From Amoebidium appalachense (Eukaryota; Protista; Ichthyosporea), in assembly GCA_963693365.1 (NCBI GenBank), contig CAVNZM010000017.1, positions 4,950,708-5,014,707 of the forward strand: a stretch of 64,000 nt of DNA. The letters run 5' to 3'. Below are positions 13,830 to 31,932 of the stretch, piece after piece. Position 1 is the stretch's first letter, and each line of letters opens with the position of its first letter. Under the pieces are notes generated by a model that worked only from the letters and a program-made list of their open reading frames with translations, had not been told where the DNA came from and did no database searches. Made by a program: the position numbers and the translations under genes.

Positions 13830-14252
13830 CAGGGCTGTTAAAGCTCAGCTGACGAGTCGGCTCAGCAGGCGAATTCTCTTCTCACCTGAGCCAGCCACAA
13901 TCGTCTCAGAAAGCGGCTTGGCTTGAGCCCCCCCCATACCACACCCACGATTCCCCTGAACGCCAAGAAACCAATCGCAGAAGGTTTAGTTAATCAAAAA
14001 AATTGACATTATCGAATCTGATTGGTAAATGACTTGCCTTTTGCGGAAATAACCTTGAGCCATTTCAAGCAAGCAGTTTTTCTTTGCCCGCAAGTGTGTT
14101 TAAACAAAATTTATAAAAAATTTGTAAATAGTTAAACATCATTATTTTAAACGTTTAAAATGTTAATATTCCAGCCGGCTTGAGCCGGCTCAGCAGCCGG
14201 GACGATCGCGGCTGGCAGCTGAGCCAGCTGCAAACACGATCTAACAGCCCTG
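13830..14252. mobile_element. hAT-like MITE (~423 bp) in the GEP4/RSA3 divergent promoter region
   Basis: 11-bp terminal inverted repeats CAGGGCTGTTA...TAACAGCCCTG, clustered subterminal GAGCC/GGCTC motifs, AT-rich centre. The TSD is only degenerate (tcggtgac vs tcaggtgg). Confidence 0.65.
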
Positions 14253-14514
14253 TCAGGTGGTGCGCAGATTCTTAGCGAGTCGGTGTATTTTAATTATAAC
14301 CATTTATAGTTATAACTACGTGATTGGTTCTTTTCGCACCACCTCTTTTGGCAATTTGCACGTGCAAACATGAAGCTGTGCGGACATCACTCGAACTACA
14401 GTCAGTTGAGAAGACAGTGAAGAGTTGGAAGATCTTAGACTACGTTTTTTTTTCTTGTAGCTACCAAAGTTATAATAATCAGTGAGAATTTGAGAAACTT
14501 ACTATTTTTGCAAC

Positions 14515-21278
<6,764 letters not shown>

Positions 21279-21279
21279 A

Positions 21280-21780
21280 CACATGTGCATGTAGTGAGTT
21301 ATGCATGTACGGTGTGCACTGATGTACATACCGTGAGCACATGTGCTTTGTGCACTTATTCTGAACACGGTGTAAGTAGTGGTTTTATGGAGGTACTTTG
21401 TGCACTTACGTACCATGAGCACAGGTGCAAATTGTTGGTTTGTGGAGTACAGTGTGCACCTAATCTAAACACATGTGCGAGTAGTGAGTTATGGATGTAC
21501 TGTGTGCACTTACATACCGTGAGCACAGGTGCAAATGGTGGTTCTATGGAGTACGGTATGTAGGCCTATCATACACAAGTGCAAGTGGTGAGTTATGGAT
21601 CACGTACTGTGTGTACTTGCCGTAAACACAAGTGCAGGTAGTGGTTATGGAAGTACAGTGTGCACTGAATTCTAAACACGTGTGCGAGTATTGAGTTATG
21701 GATGTGCTGTGCAGCCTATCATAAACAAAAGTGCTAGCACTGCAGTAGTGGTTATATGTAGGTACAACGTGTACCTGTGA
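21280..21780. repeat. Degenerate minisatellite immediately 3' of the RSA3-like stop codon
   Basis: About 10 variants of ACAC.TGTGC.AGTAGTG(A)GTTATGGA.GTAC.GTGTGCAC at a spacing of roughly 40-60 bp. Confidence 0.7.
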
Positions 21781-22063
21781 ATCTTGTTGGGTGTATGGCA
21801 GTGCTGAAATGCATTTTAAAAACGTTTTTGTTTCCTTTTCGCTTAAAAATTTCTGTCAAATGCCACCTCTGTCAAGTAGTAAACAAATCACTAGGCACGT
21901 GCCGGTACCCATCAGGTTGCTTCTAGAAGCACGGAAACTTCTACGAGGCCCTCTTAACGTTTGTGGTTGTTACGAGCAAGAGCACGTGCTGGCACGGCAC
22001 CATACAGCCGAGGCATCCGTTTTCACCACTTCACACATACACATGCACACACACCCACACACA

Positions 22064-22098
<35 letters not shown>

Positions 22099-22101
22099 AA
22101 T

Positions 22102-22145
<44 letters not shown>

Positions 22146-23073
22146 GCCCCCGCCGCCACCACCACCCACCCATGTACTCTTTTTCACCCTCTCCCCTTTC
22201 GCCCGCCCACCATACCAGTACCCTCCGCCTCACTTCGAATTCTCAAACATAATTACGTTAATACACACACACACCACTCATCATCTCACATTCTGCAGCT
22301 GTTCAATATTACTTAGTCGGCATGGAAAATTTACGAAAGGCCCATCACTTTGGCGTGGGTTGGCACGGTGTGCATGTGAGTAAACCGTGCAAGCTCAGCC
22401 TGGTCATGGTAACACACAACTGATAAATTCGGTGCCGTGAAGGGAATGATAAAGGTAGCTGTAACCATGGATCCGGAATTGCGGCGATCCGTCTCCGGGC
22501 CAAACTCAAATGAAAAACTTTTTTCTTTTGACTGGATTTATTCGACGGAAAGATATGCAAGTATGCACGGCATACTGAGAAGACAATCAAAACTTCACGA
22601 GTTACAGGGTTACATCGAAAGTGAAGCCGGTTATCACAATGTACGGCCTCCGGCAGTGTCCACGCAATAAAAAGTGTGTAAACCCCGACATTACTTCGCC
22701 CAGGTGTTGTATATTATACCGGATATCTAGCATGGATGTACATAGGTTGAGATATACGCGCGTGTGTACATGTATATATACCACTGTGTTTGATCTTAGG
22801 TAGGCCAGTATGCATCTCCCCCTCAGTCTTGTGCACATGAGCATGGAGCTAGACATATGTGCACGTGCAGCTTACATGTTTATTCATGGGAAAACGGATA
22901 TGATAGTCGCATGGGACCGACACGTAGTAGAGGAACCATGAGCGTCTATATGGTAGTTTTATCATGGGAAAATATGCAAGTAGCCGTGAGGTATGACTGT
23001 GGAATGCATCGCTAGTCAAGTTCTGTCACCCGATTGGCTCATTTCGTTTATTGAAACCGTGACGCCATGGGAC

Positions 23074-23403
23074 CAGGGTTCGAAGGACGGTGGAGCCCAT
23101 TAACGGAAGTCGAAATCCCGTTTCGGAAAACCTCTTCGAAAATCGGAATGCTCCGTCGGAGCAGGCCCACCAAAAATCGTAATCATGGCGCATCAGTAAA
23201 CTAGGGCATGCTTATTTGTGCCTATATTGCATCAAAATGTGATTATAATGCATACTCAAAAACCCCTGTGGTTATTAGAGGCCTGCTTCCTGGTGTTGGC
23301 AGTTGAAGCTTTGAAGGAATAAATGGGAAATATGAAGTGCATTAATGCACAATATATATATACATTTTGTCTCCGTATTTAAAAATTCTGGGGGAGGGAA
23401 GGG

Positions 23404-23444
<41 letters not shown>

Positions 23445-23726
23445 GAGTTGAGGCAGCAACATGGGAAGCTCAGGCAGAAATCGAATGTTTGGGGGGGAGC
23501 TCGAGAGGGGGGGGGGGGGGGAGGGGGAAGAAAATCAGGTTGGGTGGTTGTGTCTGTGTTTGTGTGTGTGTGAGTATTTTTCTTTGCAATTGTGTGTGTG
23601 TGTGTGTGGTGGGTATGTATACACGGTGTGTGTGTCTGTGTGTATGTGTACAGGTGTGGGTGTGTGTATTTGTGTCAGCGGTAATCGGTATGTGTGTGTC
23701 TATGTTGTGTGCATATGTGCACATGT

Positions 23727-23774
<48 letters not shown>

Positions 23775-23975
23775 TCATGACATTGTGTGCATGTGTATGT
23801 GTGTTTTGTGTCAACGGTTATGGTGTGTGTGTATGTATGTACAGTGTGTGTATGTATGTGTGTGTGTGCGCAGTGTGGTGTGTATGTATGCATGCGCAGG
23901 GTGTACACATGTGTGTGTCTGTGTATGTGTGTACATGCCAGTGTGGGTGTGCATGTTTGTACCAACGGTTTCTTG

Positions 23976-24010
<35 letters not shown>

Positions 24011-24061
24011 GCCACGGAGTGTGTGTGCGTGCGCCGTGTACATGGTGTGTGTGTGAAGTGT

Positions 24062-24120
<59 letters not shown>

Positions 24121-24686
24121 GGTGCATATCATGTGATTGAACAGGGTGGATGCATGTGCACGTTTGTGATACAGTTATCATGATCTGAGATAGTATGTGC
24201 CTGTGCACGTGTACTAGCCTAGGTTACATGATTGTGTGGTGTCACGGCTGTGTATGTATGTGCATGTGTGTCTTTGAACGGAACACAGTGGTGCACAGTG
24301 TGTGTATCGCCTGCCATTGAAGACGCGTGCCACTGATCGTGATACACGTGGCACCTGCACCTGGTGGCCGTCGACTCTGAGCATCTAGATCCATTCCATG
24401 TTTAGGCCTTCCTGGTACAGGGGGAATGGGGGGGGGGGGGGGGGGGGGAGGGGAGTACTAGTGGGGGGGGGGGAGGGAGGGATCCGCCTGAGAGGGGGGG
24501 GGGGGGGGGGGGGGGGTGGAGGGGGGGGGGGGGGGGGGGGGGGGAGGGGGGTGAGGCCGGAGCGGCGGTGGGGGAGAAGGAGGGGCAGGAGGGGCTCTGG
24601 GACGTTCCGATTCGGCCGGGACGATTTTCGGAACTGTGTTTTCAAATATCGGAAATTCCGATTTTTTTTCGTAACTTCGAACCCTG
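23074..24686. mobile_element. Non-autonomous hAT DNA transposon, 1613 bp
   Basis: Perfect 12-bp TIRs CAGGGTTCGAAG...CTTCGAACCCTG. Exact 8-bp TSD CATGGGAC (23066-23073 and 24687-24694). The empty site is present in the opposite arm (~26648-26655). The interior is microsatellite-filled and has no transposase ORF. Confidence 0.93.
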
Positions 24687-25000
24687 CATGGGACAGAACC
24701 GTGAACCGTATGTGATTGGCTCTCGTAGCCAAAAGGACATACCGATGCGCAAGCCTGAGCCGCTGTGCGAGCTCCGATATAAGGGCTTGTCGGGGGCTTC
24801 AGAGCGGACTCTGTGTGCTCGTCTTACTAGGTGTAAGTAGGACTAGCACGTCACTTAGCAAAGCGTGGTCTAGTCAACCCCGTTCATTCAAAATATATTT
24901 GTTTAGTCACGGACACACGTTTTAATTATACAACAGCTGAGCTACACCCTCTGCAGCGATAGCATTTGCGTTGCATGTGTGCTCGTTTCAAGCAAGAACT

Positions 25001-25911
25001 ATGTTTTTAGCGATTTGGTTTCTAACATGTGTGGCTACAGTGGTGACGACGATGCCGGCCCTGGCGGCCTACATGGGGACGGAACAAGCAATGCCGACCG
25101 TATTTTTCTTGAAGAGCTCGGTTACAACGTTCCCCTCTCTCCCCCCGGTGTCTCACCGTGGTACCCTCCCGGAGCAGACATTGTAAACAACTGTACACAT
25201 GAACTGTACATGTTTACTAAAGAATGTGATCTACTAGCACACGATTCGTGCTTTGTCATGAATATCACATAAATATTATGTCCGCACCAATAGGACTCAC
25301 TCTGACCTAAGAATTGAACCATATATGGTTCTTCAGCTGCATACCACATAAACGAAGTGAACCAATAAGAGGTTTGCATAAATAGGACAAAGGTCTGACT
25401 GGCTCGGACCGCACCAGAATCACGAATGGCATGTTGCCACCCGCGCTGGCCGCGGATGAACCAATCCTGGGCCTTGATCCGAAACCTGGGGGCTATATAA
25501 GAAAGCCGTCCCAGTACGGGGATCACATCAGTGAAGTCTGAGACAGACTGAGTCGGCCCATAGTAAAAGCAACCTGGCCGCGTGTGCCTTTCTACCCGTT
25601 CTCTGTCTTTATTTTGATTCAGTTGTACTCTGCCTTATCCTAACTAGTCCAACTGTTTACAGACATACCGTTGCTCGACCGTGTTTTCTTCCGTTCCCAC
25701 GACCTGCAACATGACAACCAGTATTGCTTCACTTTTTGTTCTGGGGACACCGATTACGGTCAATCATTCGACGCCGAAGAATTGCTACCTGAAGACAATC
25801 GACATACATCAGTCGACCTCCTCCACGGGTTGGAAGTCGAAGTCAACGCGAACGCAAGCACAGGAACCAGACGCCCTGATACGCGCCCTATCGGAGTATG
25901 CAAAACCCTAA
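25001..25911 (+). pseudogene. Left-arm copy of the signal-peptide gene, split by a solo LTR
   Basis: MFLAIWFLTCVATVV... starts at 25001, is interrupted at 25182-25661, resumes as ...CSTVFSSVPTTC...NCYLK...LSEYAKP*, and stops inside the telomeric insert. Confidence 0.6.
25182..25661 (+). mobile_element. Solo LTR, 480 bp
   Basis: Termini TGTAAACA...TGTTTACA, exact 5-bp TSD GACAT (25177-25181 and 25662-25666), TATA-like CTATATAA at ~25493. A single GACAT empty site is seen in the right arm (~26161-26165). Confidence 0.9.
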
Positions 25912-26341
25912 CCCTATGCAAATTTGCATACTCCGAAAGGGCGCGTATCAGGGCGTCTGGTTCCTGTGCTTGCGTTCGCGTTGACTTCGACTTCCAACCC
26001 GTGGAGGAGGTCGACTGATGTATGTCGATTGTCTTCAGGTAGCAATTCTTCGGCGTCGAATGATTGACCGTAATCGGTGTCCCCAGAACAAAAAGTGAAG
26101 CAATACTGGTTGTCATGTTGCAGGTCGTGGGAACGGAAGAAAACACGGTCGAGCAACGGTATGTCTGCTCCGGGAGGGTACCACGGTGAGACACCGGGGG
26201 GAGAGAGGGGAACGTTGTAACCGAGCTCTTCAAGGAAAATACGGTCGGCATTGCTTGTTCCGTCCCCATATAGGCCGCTAGGGCCGGCATCGTCGTCACC
26301 ACTGTAGCCACACATGTTAGAAACCAAATCGCTAAAAACAT
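25760..26341 (-). CDS. Right-arm uninterrupted copy of a putative secreted protein, ~140 native codons truncated at the palindrome axis
   Basis: N-terminal signal-like MFLAIWFLTCVATVVTTMPALAA, a Thr/Ser/Pro-rich segment, and NCYLK...TGWKS weakly reminiscent of a PAN/apple motif. Of the 4 arm-to-arm coding substitutions I could see, 3 are synonymous in this frame. After ~25923 the ORF simply reads into the antisense of the other arm. Confidence 0.5.
   Translation of the reverse strand: MFLAIWFLTCVATVVTTMPALAAYMGTEQAMPTVFSLKSSVTTFPSLPPVSHRGTLPEQTYRCSTVFSSVPTTCNMTTSIASLFVLGTPITVNHSTPKNCYLKTIDIHQSTSSTGWKSKSTRTQAQEPDALIRALSEYANLHRVRVLHTPIGRVSGRLVPVLAFALTSTSNPWRRSTDVCRLSSGSNSSASND
25897..25930. 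other. Short interstitial telomeric insert at the palindrome axis
   Basis: The sequence is TATGCAAA-ACCCTAACCC-TATGCAAA-TTTGCATA. The bottom strand reads TAGGGTTAGGGTT, and the insert is flanked by an 8-bp direct duplication. Confidence 0.7.
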
Positions 26342-26813
26342 AGTTCTTGCTCGAAACGAGCACACATGCAACGCAAATGCTAGCGCTGCAGGGGGTGTAG
26401 CTCAGCTGTTGTATAATTAGAACGTGTGTCCGTGACTAAACAAATATATTTTGAATGAACGGGGTTGACTAGACCACGCTTTGCTAAGTGACGTGCTAGT
26501 CCTACTTACACCTAGTAAGACGAGCACACAGAGTCCGCTCTGAAGCCCCCGACAAGCCCTTATATCGGAACTCGCACAGCGGCTCAGGCTTGCGCATCGG
26601 TATGTCCTTTTGGCTACGAGAGCCAATCACATACGGTTCACGGTTCTGTCCCATGGTGTCACGGTTTCAATAGACTAAGTGAGCCAATCGGGTGACAGAA
26701 CATGACTAGCGATGCATTCCACAGTCATACCTCACGGCTACTTGCATATTTTCCCATGATAAAACTACGATAATATAGACGCTCATGGTTCCTCTACTAC
26801 GTGTCGGTCCCAT

Positions 26814-26864
26814 TGACATATACTAATCCGTCTCAGCAGATCAGCCTAAGTCTACGATCGAGAT

Positions 26865-26903
<39 letters not shown>

Positions 26904-27164
26904 CCACAGATCATCAAGATCAAGTCCGGGGGCCTCAAGATAGCTGTACAGCTGCCAGCATCTTGCCTCTGCCGGCGCAGGGCAGGACCACGTCAGCCGG
27001 GGCAGCCAACCAATAGAATTCTAATTAGTGTGTAGGATAGATCATAGGAGGACTTTGGAATGTGATAAGTTCGGGCAGAAGCCCTTTGTAAATATTGGCA
27101 AGTTTTGATAGTGTATGCTGCCAAACGTATTTATATATTTCGGTGTATAGGAAGGAGTAGATAA

Positions 27165-27198
<34 letters not shown>

Positions 27199-27554
27199 TA
27201 GTATGAAATGTAGAATTAGACTCTGCGGTGCCACTAGGGGAAGGGAGAGGGGTGAGACTTAGATATTTATATATTAGTGTGAGCCGATCGACTTAGCTCG
27301 TGCAGGCGCACGATAGAGTTAGATCGGAATGTATGGAATGTGGCATCGTAGGGGGCCAGGTGATGATGATCTTGTAGGGCACGGCCTTGATGGCCTCAGT
27401 GGTGACTTAGCTTGATTCCGTTCGGACTAAGTTTGCCCGTCAGAGCCTGGTCTAAATAAACTTTACCGTTTTTCTGTACACGTTCGTTCCTTCCGGTGTG
27501 GGTACACTTAGTAGAGTGCCGCGTCTCTTAGTACACGCACGTTAGGATACGACA
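26814..27554. mobile_element. Solo LTR of a second family, 741 bp
   Basis: TG...CA ends with imperfect inverted termini (TGACATATACTAA / TTAGGATACGACA). Exact 5-bp TSD CCCAT (26809-26813 and 27555-27559). Empty site in the left arm at ~22911. AATAAA at ~27456. Confidence 0.88.
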
Positions 27555-27780
27555 CCCATGCGACTATCATATCCGTTTTCCCATGAATAAACATGCAAGC
27601 TGCACGTGCACATATGTCTAGCTCCATGTTCATGTGCACAAGACTGGGGGGGAGATGCATACTGGCCTACCTAAGATCAAACACAGTGGTATATATACAT
27701 GTACACACGCGCGTATATCTCAACCTATGTACATCCATACTAGATATCCGGTATAATATACCACACCTGGGGACCCGGTG

Positions 27781-27939
<159 letters not shown>

Positions 27940-28031
27940 TGCGCGCGCGCGCCGCCCGCGGGTGAGCGCATGTGTGCGTGTGTTCTCTCTCTCTTCTCTT
28001 TCTCTCTCTCTCTCCCTCCCTCCCTCCCTCC

Positions 28032-28063
<32 letters not shown>

Positions 28064-28479
28064 CTCTCCCCCCCTCTCTTTCTCTTTCTCTTTCTTTTTT
28101 TTTTCTTTCTTTTTTTTTCTTTTCTTTTTTTTTTTTTTTTTTTTTGGGGGGGGGGGGGGGGGGAGGAGGGAGTGCAGATGCATGTTCTCGGAAACATATA
28201 TTGGTAGTGTCAAACAAAACAAGCGTGTGTCCGAACCCCGCGAAAAAAACACGAAGAAGTGAATAGCCTCATTCGAAGAGCAAGTTTCATTGGGCCCAAG
28301 GAGGTTGTGTGTGTGTTGGTGTGGGGGAAGGGGAGAGGGAGAAGGGGGGAGAGGGGGGTGGGGTGGGGGGTGGGGGGCGGGGGGCGGATCGATGAGAGGG
28401 CCGAGGCTGTGCACTCCTAATCTGCACATGCAAGTGATGATGATGTTCAGAATTGATCCACATAGATCTAGACCATCTA

Positions 28480-28537
<58 letters not shown>

Positions 28538-28603
28538 AACCTGGAGTTGCCAGCAGGAGCCGAAAGTTTCTTAATCACGGGTAAGCATTTTCAGCTAATC
28601 TTT

Positions 28604-28659
<56 letters not shown>

Positions 28660-28894
28660 TCTCTGTCTCTCTCTTTTTTCCCCCCCCTCCCCCCCCCCCC
28701 CCTCCCCCCCCCCCCCCCCCCCAATGCCCCCCCCCCCTTCCTCCCCCCCCCCCCCCCTCCTGCAGCCCCCCCCCCCCCCCCCCCCCACCCCCACCCCCCG
28801 CCCCCAGGGCCGCCTCGCGAGCCTTTTGCTAGTTAGTGATTTCAATCAATATATACAACACACTATGATCCGGATAGTTTTTATTTTATTATTG

Positions 28895-29045
28895 TATTCC
28901 GTTTTATTCCCGGAGGGACTCCTAGGGGATCCTCAGAGGAACTACCGTCTTCCACCCAGCACCGACTACTAGCTAGGGTGCTACGGTGCCATTAGTTTTT
29001 ACTATTAGCACACCAGCACCATTACCACAAACCTAACCATTTGTA
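28895..29045 (-). mobile_element. Dispersed ~150-200 bp SINE-like or non-LTR 3'-end repeat. Other copies at 33995-34190 (opposite strand), 35005-35145, 54243-54425 and 57345-57520.
   Basis: Shared core GTTTT(G/A)TTCCCGGAGG...GGAACTACCGTCTTCCACCCAGCACCGAC..TACT..AGCTAGGGTGCTACG. One end is common and abuts a T-run (a poly-A tail on the element strand, clearest at 54224-54241); the other end is variable. Confidence 0.7.
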
Positions 29046-29086
29046 CACCCTATCCGTACAGCTCCGAATAGTTACGAATATACGGA

Positions 29087-29686
29087 CTATGATTGCCCTC
29101 TGAACTGGCAGTAAAATATACAATCTACTAGTAGTACCTCCCTCATCGTGTCATCCGCCATGCACTTGGCCATACAATCGTCAAAGTTAACGGGCTGAGT
29201 GCCCGGCGTTGAACAGGTATGGGTTCATTCAACACACTTCCTTCACTGGCGGTCGGCGCGGTGGTGCCAGACAGGACTTGGCGTACAACGTTGTGCGAAG
29301 ATGAAGAGGAGGAAGAGGAGACAGCTGCGGGTTCCGCGTGGGCGCCGGCAGGCTTTGCAGGTGCAGTGGCGGGCTCTGCAAGGGCACCAGCGGCATCTGC
29401 GTTCACAACCCGTGTGATGGGGATGTTGTGCCCGACAGGTACCGCTGCTGGTTCAGCAAGTGCACGTGCAGACACATGTGTTCCGCGCGCACTACGAAGC
29501 ATAGCTGCAGGCTCTGCGGGGGCAGGTGCACTAGCAGGCACTGCATGGCCACCAGCGGGCGCGGCGTCTGCGTGCACAGCCCGTGTGATGGGAATGTCGC
29601 CGACAGGTGCCGGTGCTGTGGGTGCGGAGAGAACCGAGGTGGTGGCAATGGCGCCAAAGACAGCGTTAAAGGGCGGCAACCTTCAC
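29087..29686 (-). pseudogene. Family A copy 1: CX3C-hairpin prepropeptide pseudogene
   Basis: Paralogous to 32471-32932. The start codon is mutated to GTG, there is a frameshift in the signal peptide, and a 5-bp insertion precedes the Cys domain. The shifted frame still encodes FDDCMAKCMADDTMREVLLVDCIFYCQFRGQS*. Confidence 0.85.
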
Positions 29687-30447
29687 GGTGGCGGGCGTAG
29701 GTTGTAGAGTTGACAGAAATAAGATAAATTAGTACTAAGAGTGATCGTGTCCGTTGCAAGTGTGCACGCGTGTCGTGTTTGGAAGAATGCTGTGATGGTG
29801 AATTTGAATGAACTGGCGGTAGCAGCGCACTGCCTTTATATACCCATCCTCAGGAATGTCATCATCTGCTCCGTGAAATCGGATATTGTGATTGGCAGTA
29901 CACAGCCAATCAAACATGTCAAAGAGTTTAGCCAATCAAGTACCTTTTGCAGCATTCCTCAGGATCGGGTGAGGATGTTTTTTATTGAACTTGGTTTGCT
30001 GCGTCACCGTGAGTGCAGTAGTTATTTTCATTGACCTCTAGGTTCTAGATGTAATAACCATTTTAAAATTGATTGAAAATATCGTGAAAATCTGGGTCTG
30101 GCGTATGTAATATGTACCGAGACGTTGTATGAAGGAAAATGTCCATATATCGACTCCGTACGGGCGAGGACGATGTCACGTCCGGTATACCGGTGATGCA
30201 GACTATCTGCTGTACATGCATGTAGACAGGCATGTAGACTGTGTGTGTATCGGCCGGTTTGGCGGGGAGAGGGGGGGGGGGGGGGAGGAGGGGGGGGGGG
30301 GGGGGGGGGGGTACGTGCATATTTTCGAGTTATTGGTAGCGCCAAAGCAAAGCAGGCGCGTGCTCAAACCCCTTAGGCTATAGGCCTCCCACCCCCCCCC
30401 CCCCCCCCCCCCCCCCTCTCCAACGGGCCCCCCGGGACCCACCCACA

Positions 30448-30550
<103 letters not shown>

Positions 30551-31116
30551 AAAAGCTTGGCATTGTAGTATTCCCATATACTATAGTAAGTTATAAATGT
30601 TGCGCATTTTCCACAAATAAATCCACGAAAATACAGACATAGAAGCGATCTCATCGGCACCCATTACATTATAATGAAAAGAGGCATGTGCTGAGCCTGC
30701 CGGTGAGAGTGACAAGGAGGTGGCTGTGGTGGTGGTAGAGGCGGTGATGGGGGGCAAAACAAAGAAGAGCAAAAAATGAAAAGCCATTGCGACCAGTTAC
30801 TATCTATCTATGGATGCCTCCCCTTCCCCCCCCCCCCCCCCCCCCCCCCTCCTCCTCCTAAAAAAAAAAAAGAGAGAGAGAGAGAGAAACAGAGAAACAA
30901 ATATATAATAGGGGGGTAAGAAAAAATGACGATCCCTCCATCTTTCTCGTAGAGAATCGGAAACCTGGCTGCTTTGCTTTATGCTTTGCTTTCCTCCCAG
31001 AAAGGCCGGATGGGGTGTGTCTCCCAAATCAATGATTTGTCGCTGTCGGCCATGGCCTTTGATGATCTGGCTTCAAGGAATCACGTGTGTATGCAGGCTA
31101 GCTCTTCTCTCTCTCA

Positions 31117-31197
<81 letters not shown>

Positions 31198-31347
31198 CCT
31201 CCCTCTATCTCCCCCCTCCCCTTCACCCCCCCCCCCCCTCCCTCGGGGCTCTCTCTCTCTCTCTCTCTTCACTCACACACACACACACACACTCTCTCTC
31301 TCTCTCTCTCTCCTCCCCCCCCCCCCCCCCCCCCCTCTCTCTCTCTT

Positions 31348-31404
<57 letters not shown>

Positions 31405-31456
31405 ACTCTCTCTCTCTCTCTCTCTTTCTCTTTCTCTCCTCTCCCTCTCTCCCTCT

Positions 31457-31499
<43 letters not shown>

Positions 31500-31584
31500 G
31501 CGCGCGCTCTCTCTCTCTCTCTTTCTCTTTCTCTCTCCCTCCCTCTCTCGCTCTCCCCCTCCCCCCTCTCTCTCTAGATCTCTG

Positions 31585-31623
<39 letters not shown>

Positions 31624-31704
31624 TCCCCCCCCCCCCCCCCCCCTCCCCCTCTATCTATCTATCTATCTATCTCTATCCCACTCCATCCCTCCCTCCCTAC
31701 CTTA

Positions 31705-31932
31705 GGGCCCAACCACACGAGCTTAATAAACTCGTTTTCGCATAATAATTAAGCTTTTGCTTCATAATTAAGCTTTTCGCTTAATAATTAAGCTTTTCGC
31801 TTAATAATTGAGCTCTTAGCATAATAATTATGCTCGAGCTTAATAATTAAGCAAAAGCATAATAATTAAGCTTTTCGCATAACTTAGTAATTATGCTAAA
31901 AGCGAGTTTATTAAGCTCGTGTGGTTGGGCCC
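31705..31932. mobile_element. PIF/Harbinger (Tourist-like) MITE, 228 bp
   Basis: Perfect 30-bp TIR GGGCCCAACCACACGAGCTTAATAAACTCG, TTA TSD on both sides (31702-31704 and 31933-31935), and internal ~20-bp repeats of the quasi-palindrome GCTTAATAATTAAGC. Confidence 0.92.

Larger units (their letters stand above)
22699..27771. repeat. Giant foldback palindrome: two ~1.1-kb arms with an ~18-bp centre, interrupted by three TE insertions
   Basis: The left arm (22699-23073 + 24695-25181 + 25667-25904) is the reverse complement of the right arm (25923-26813 + 27560-27771) with only scattered substitutions. No TSD was found at the outer ends. Confidence 0.95.

Noticed and set aside
21280-21780. CRISPR-like appearance of spaced repeats
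   Set aside because: The context is eukaryotic, the repeats are degenerate, the spacers are related to each other, and there are no cas genes.
22437-22670. 77-aa non-repetitive ORF next to the palindrome
   Set aside because: It has no recognisable motif, splice context or paralog, so I cannot support it as a gene.
25914-26363. Alternative acidic frame (MCGYSGDDDAGP...) as the real palindrome protein
   Set aside because: Most arm-to-arm substitutions are non-synonymous in this frame but synonymous in the MFLAIW frame, which also has a signal peptide. Based on only 4 sites, so not definitive.
22699-27771. Palindrome as a long-read foldback assembly artefact
   Set aside because: The arms differ by substitutions and by three independent TSD-flanked insertions, which a chimeric read would not produce.
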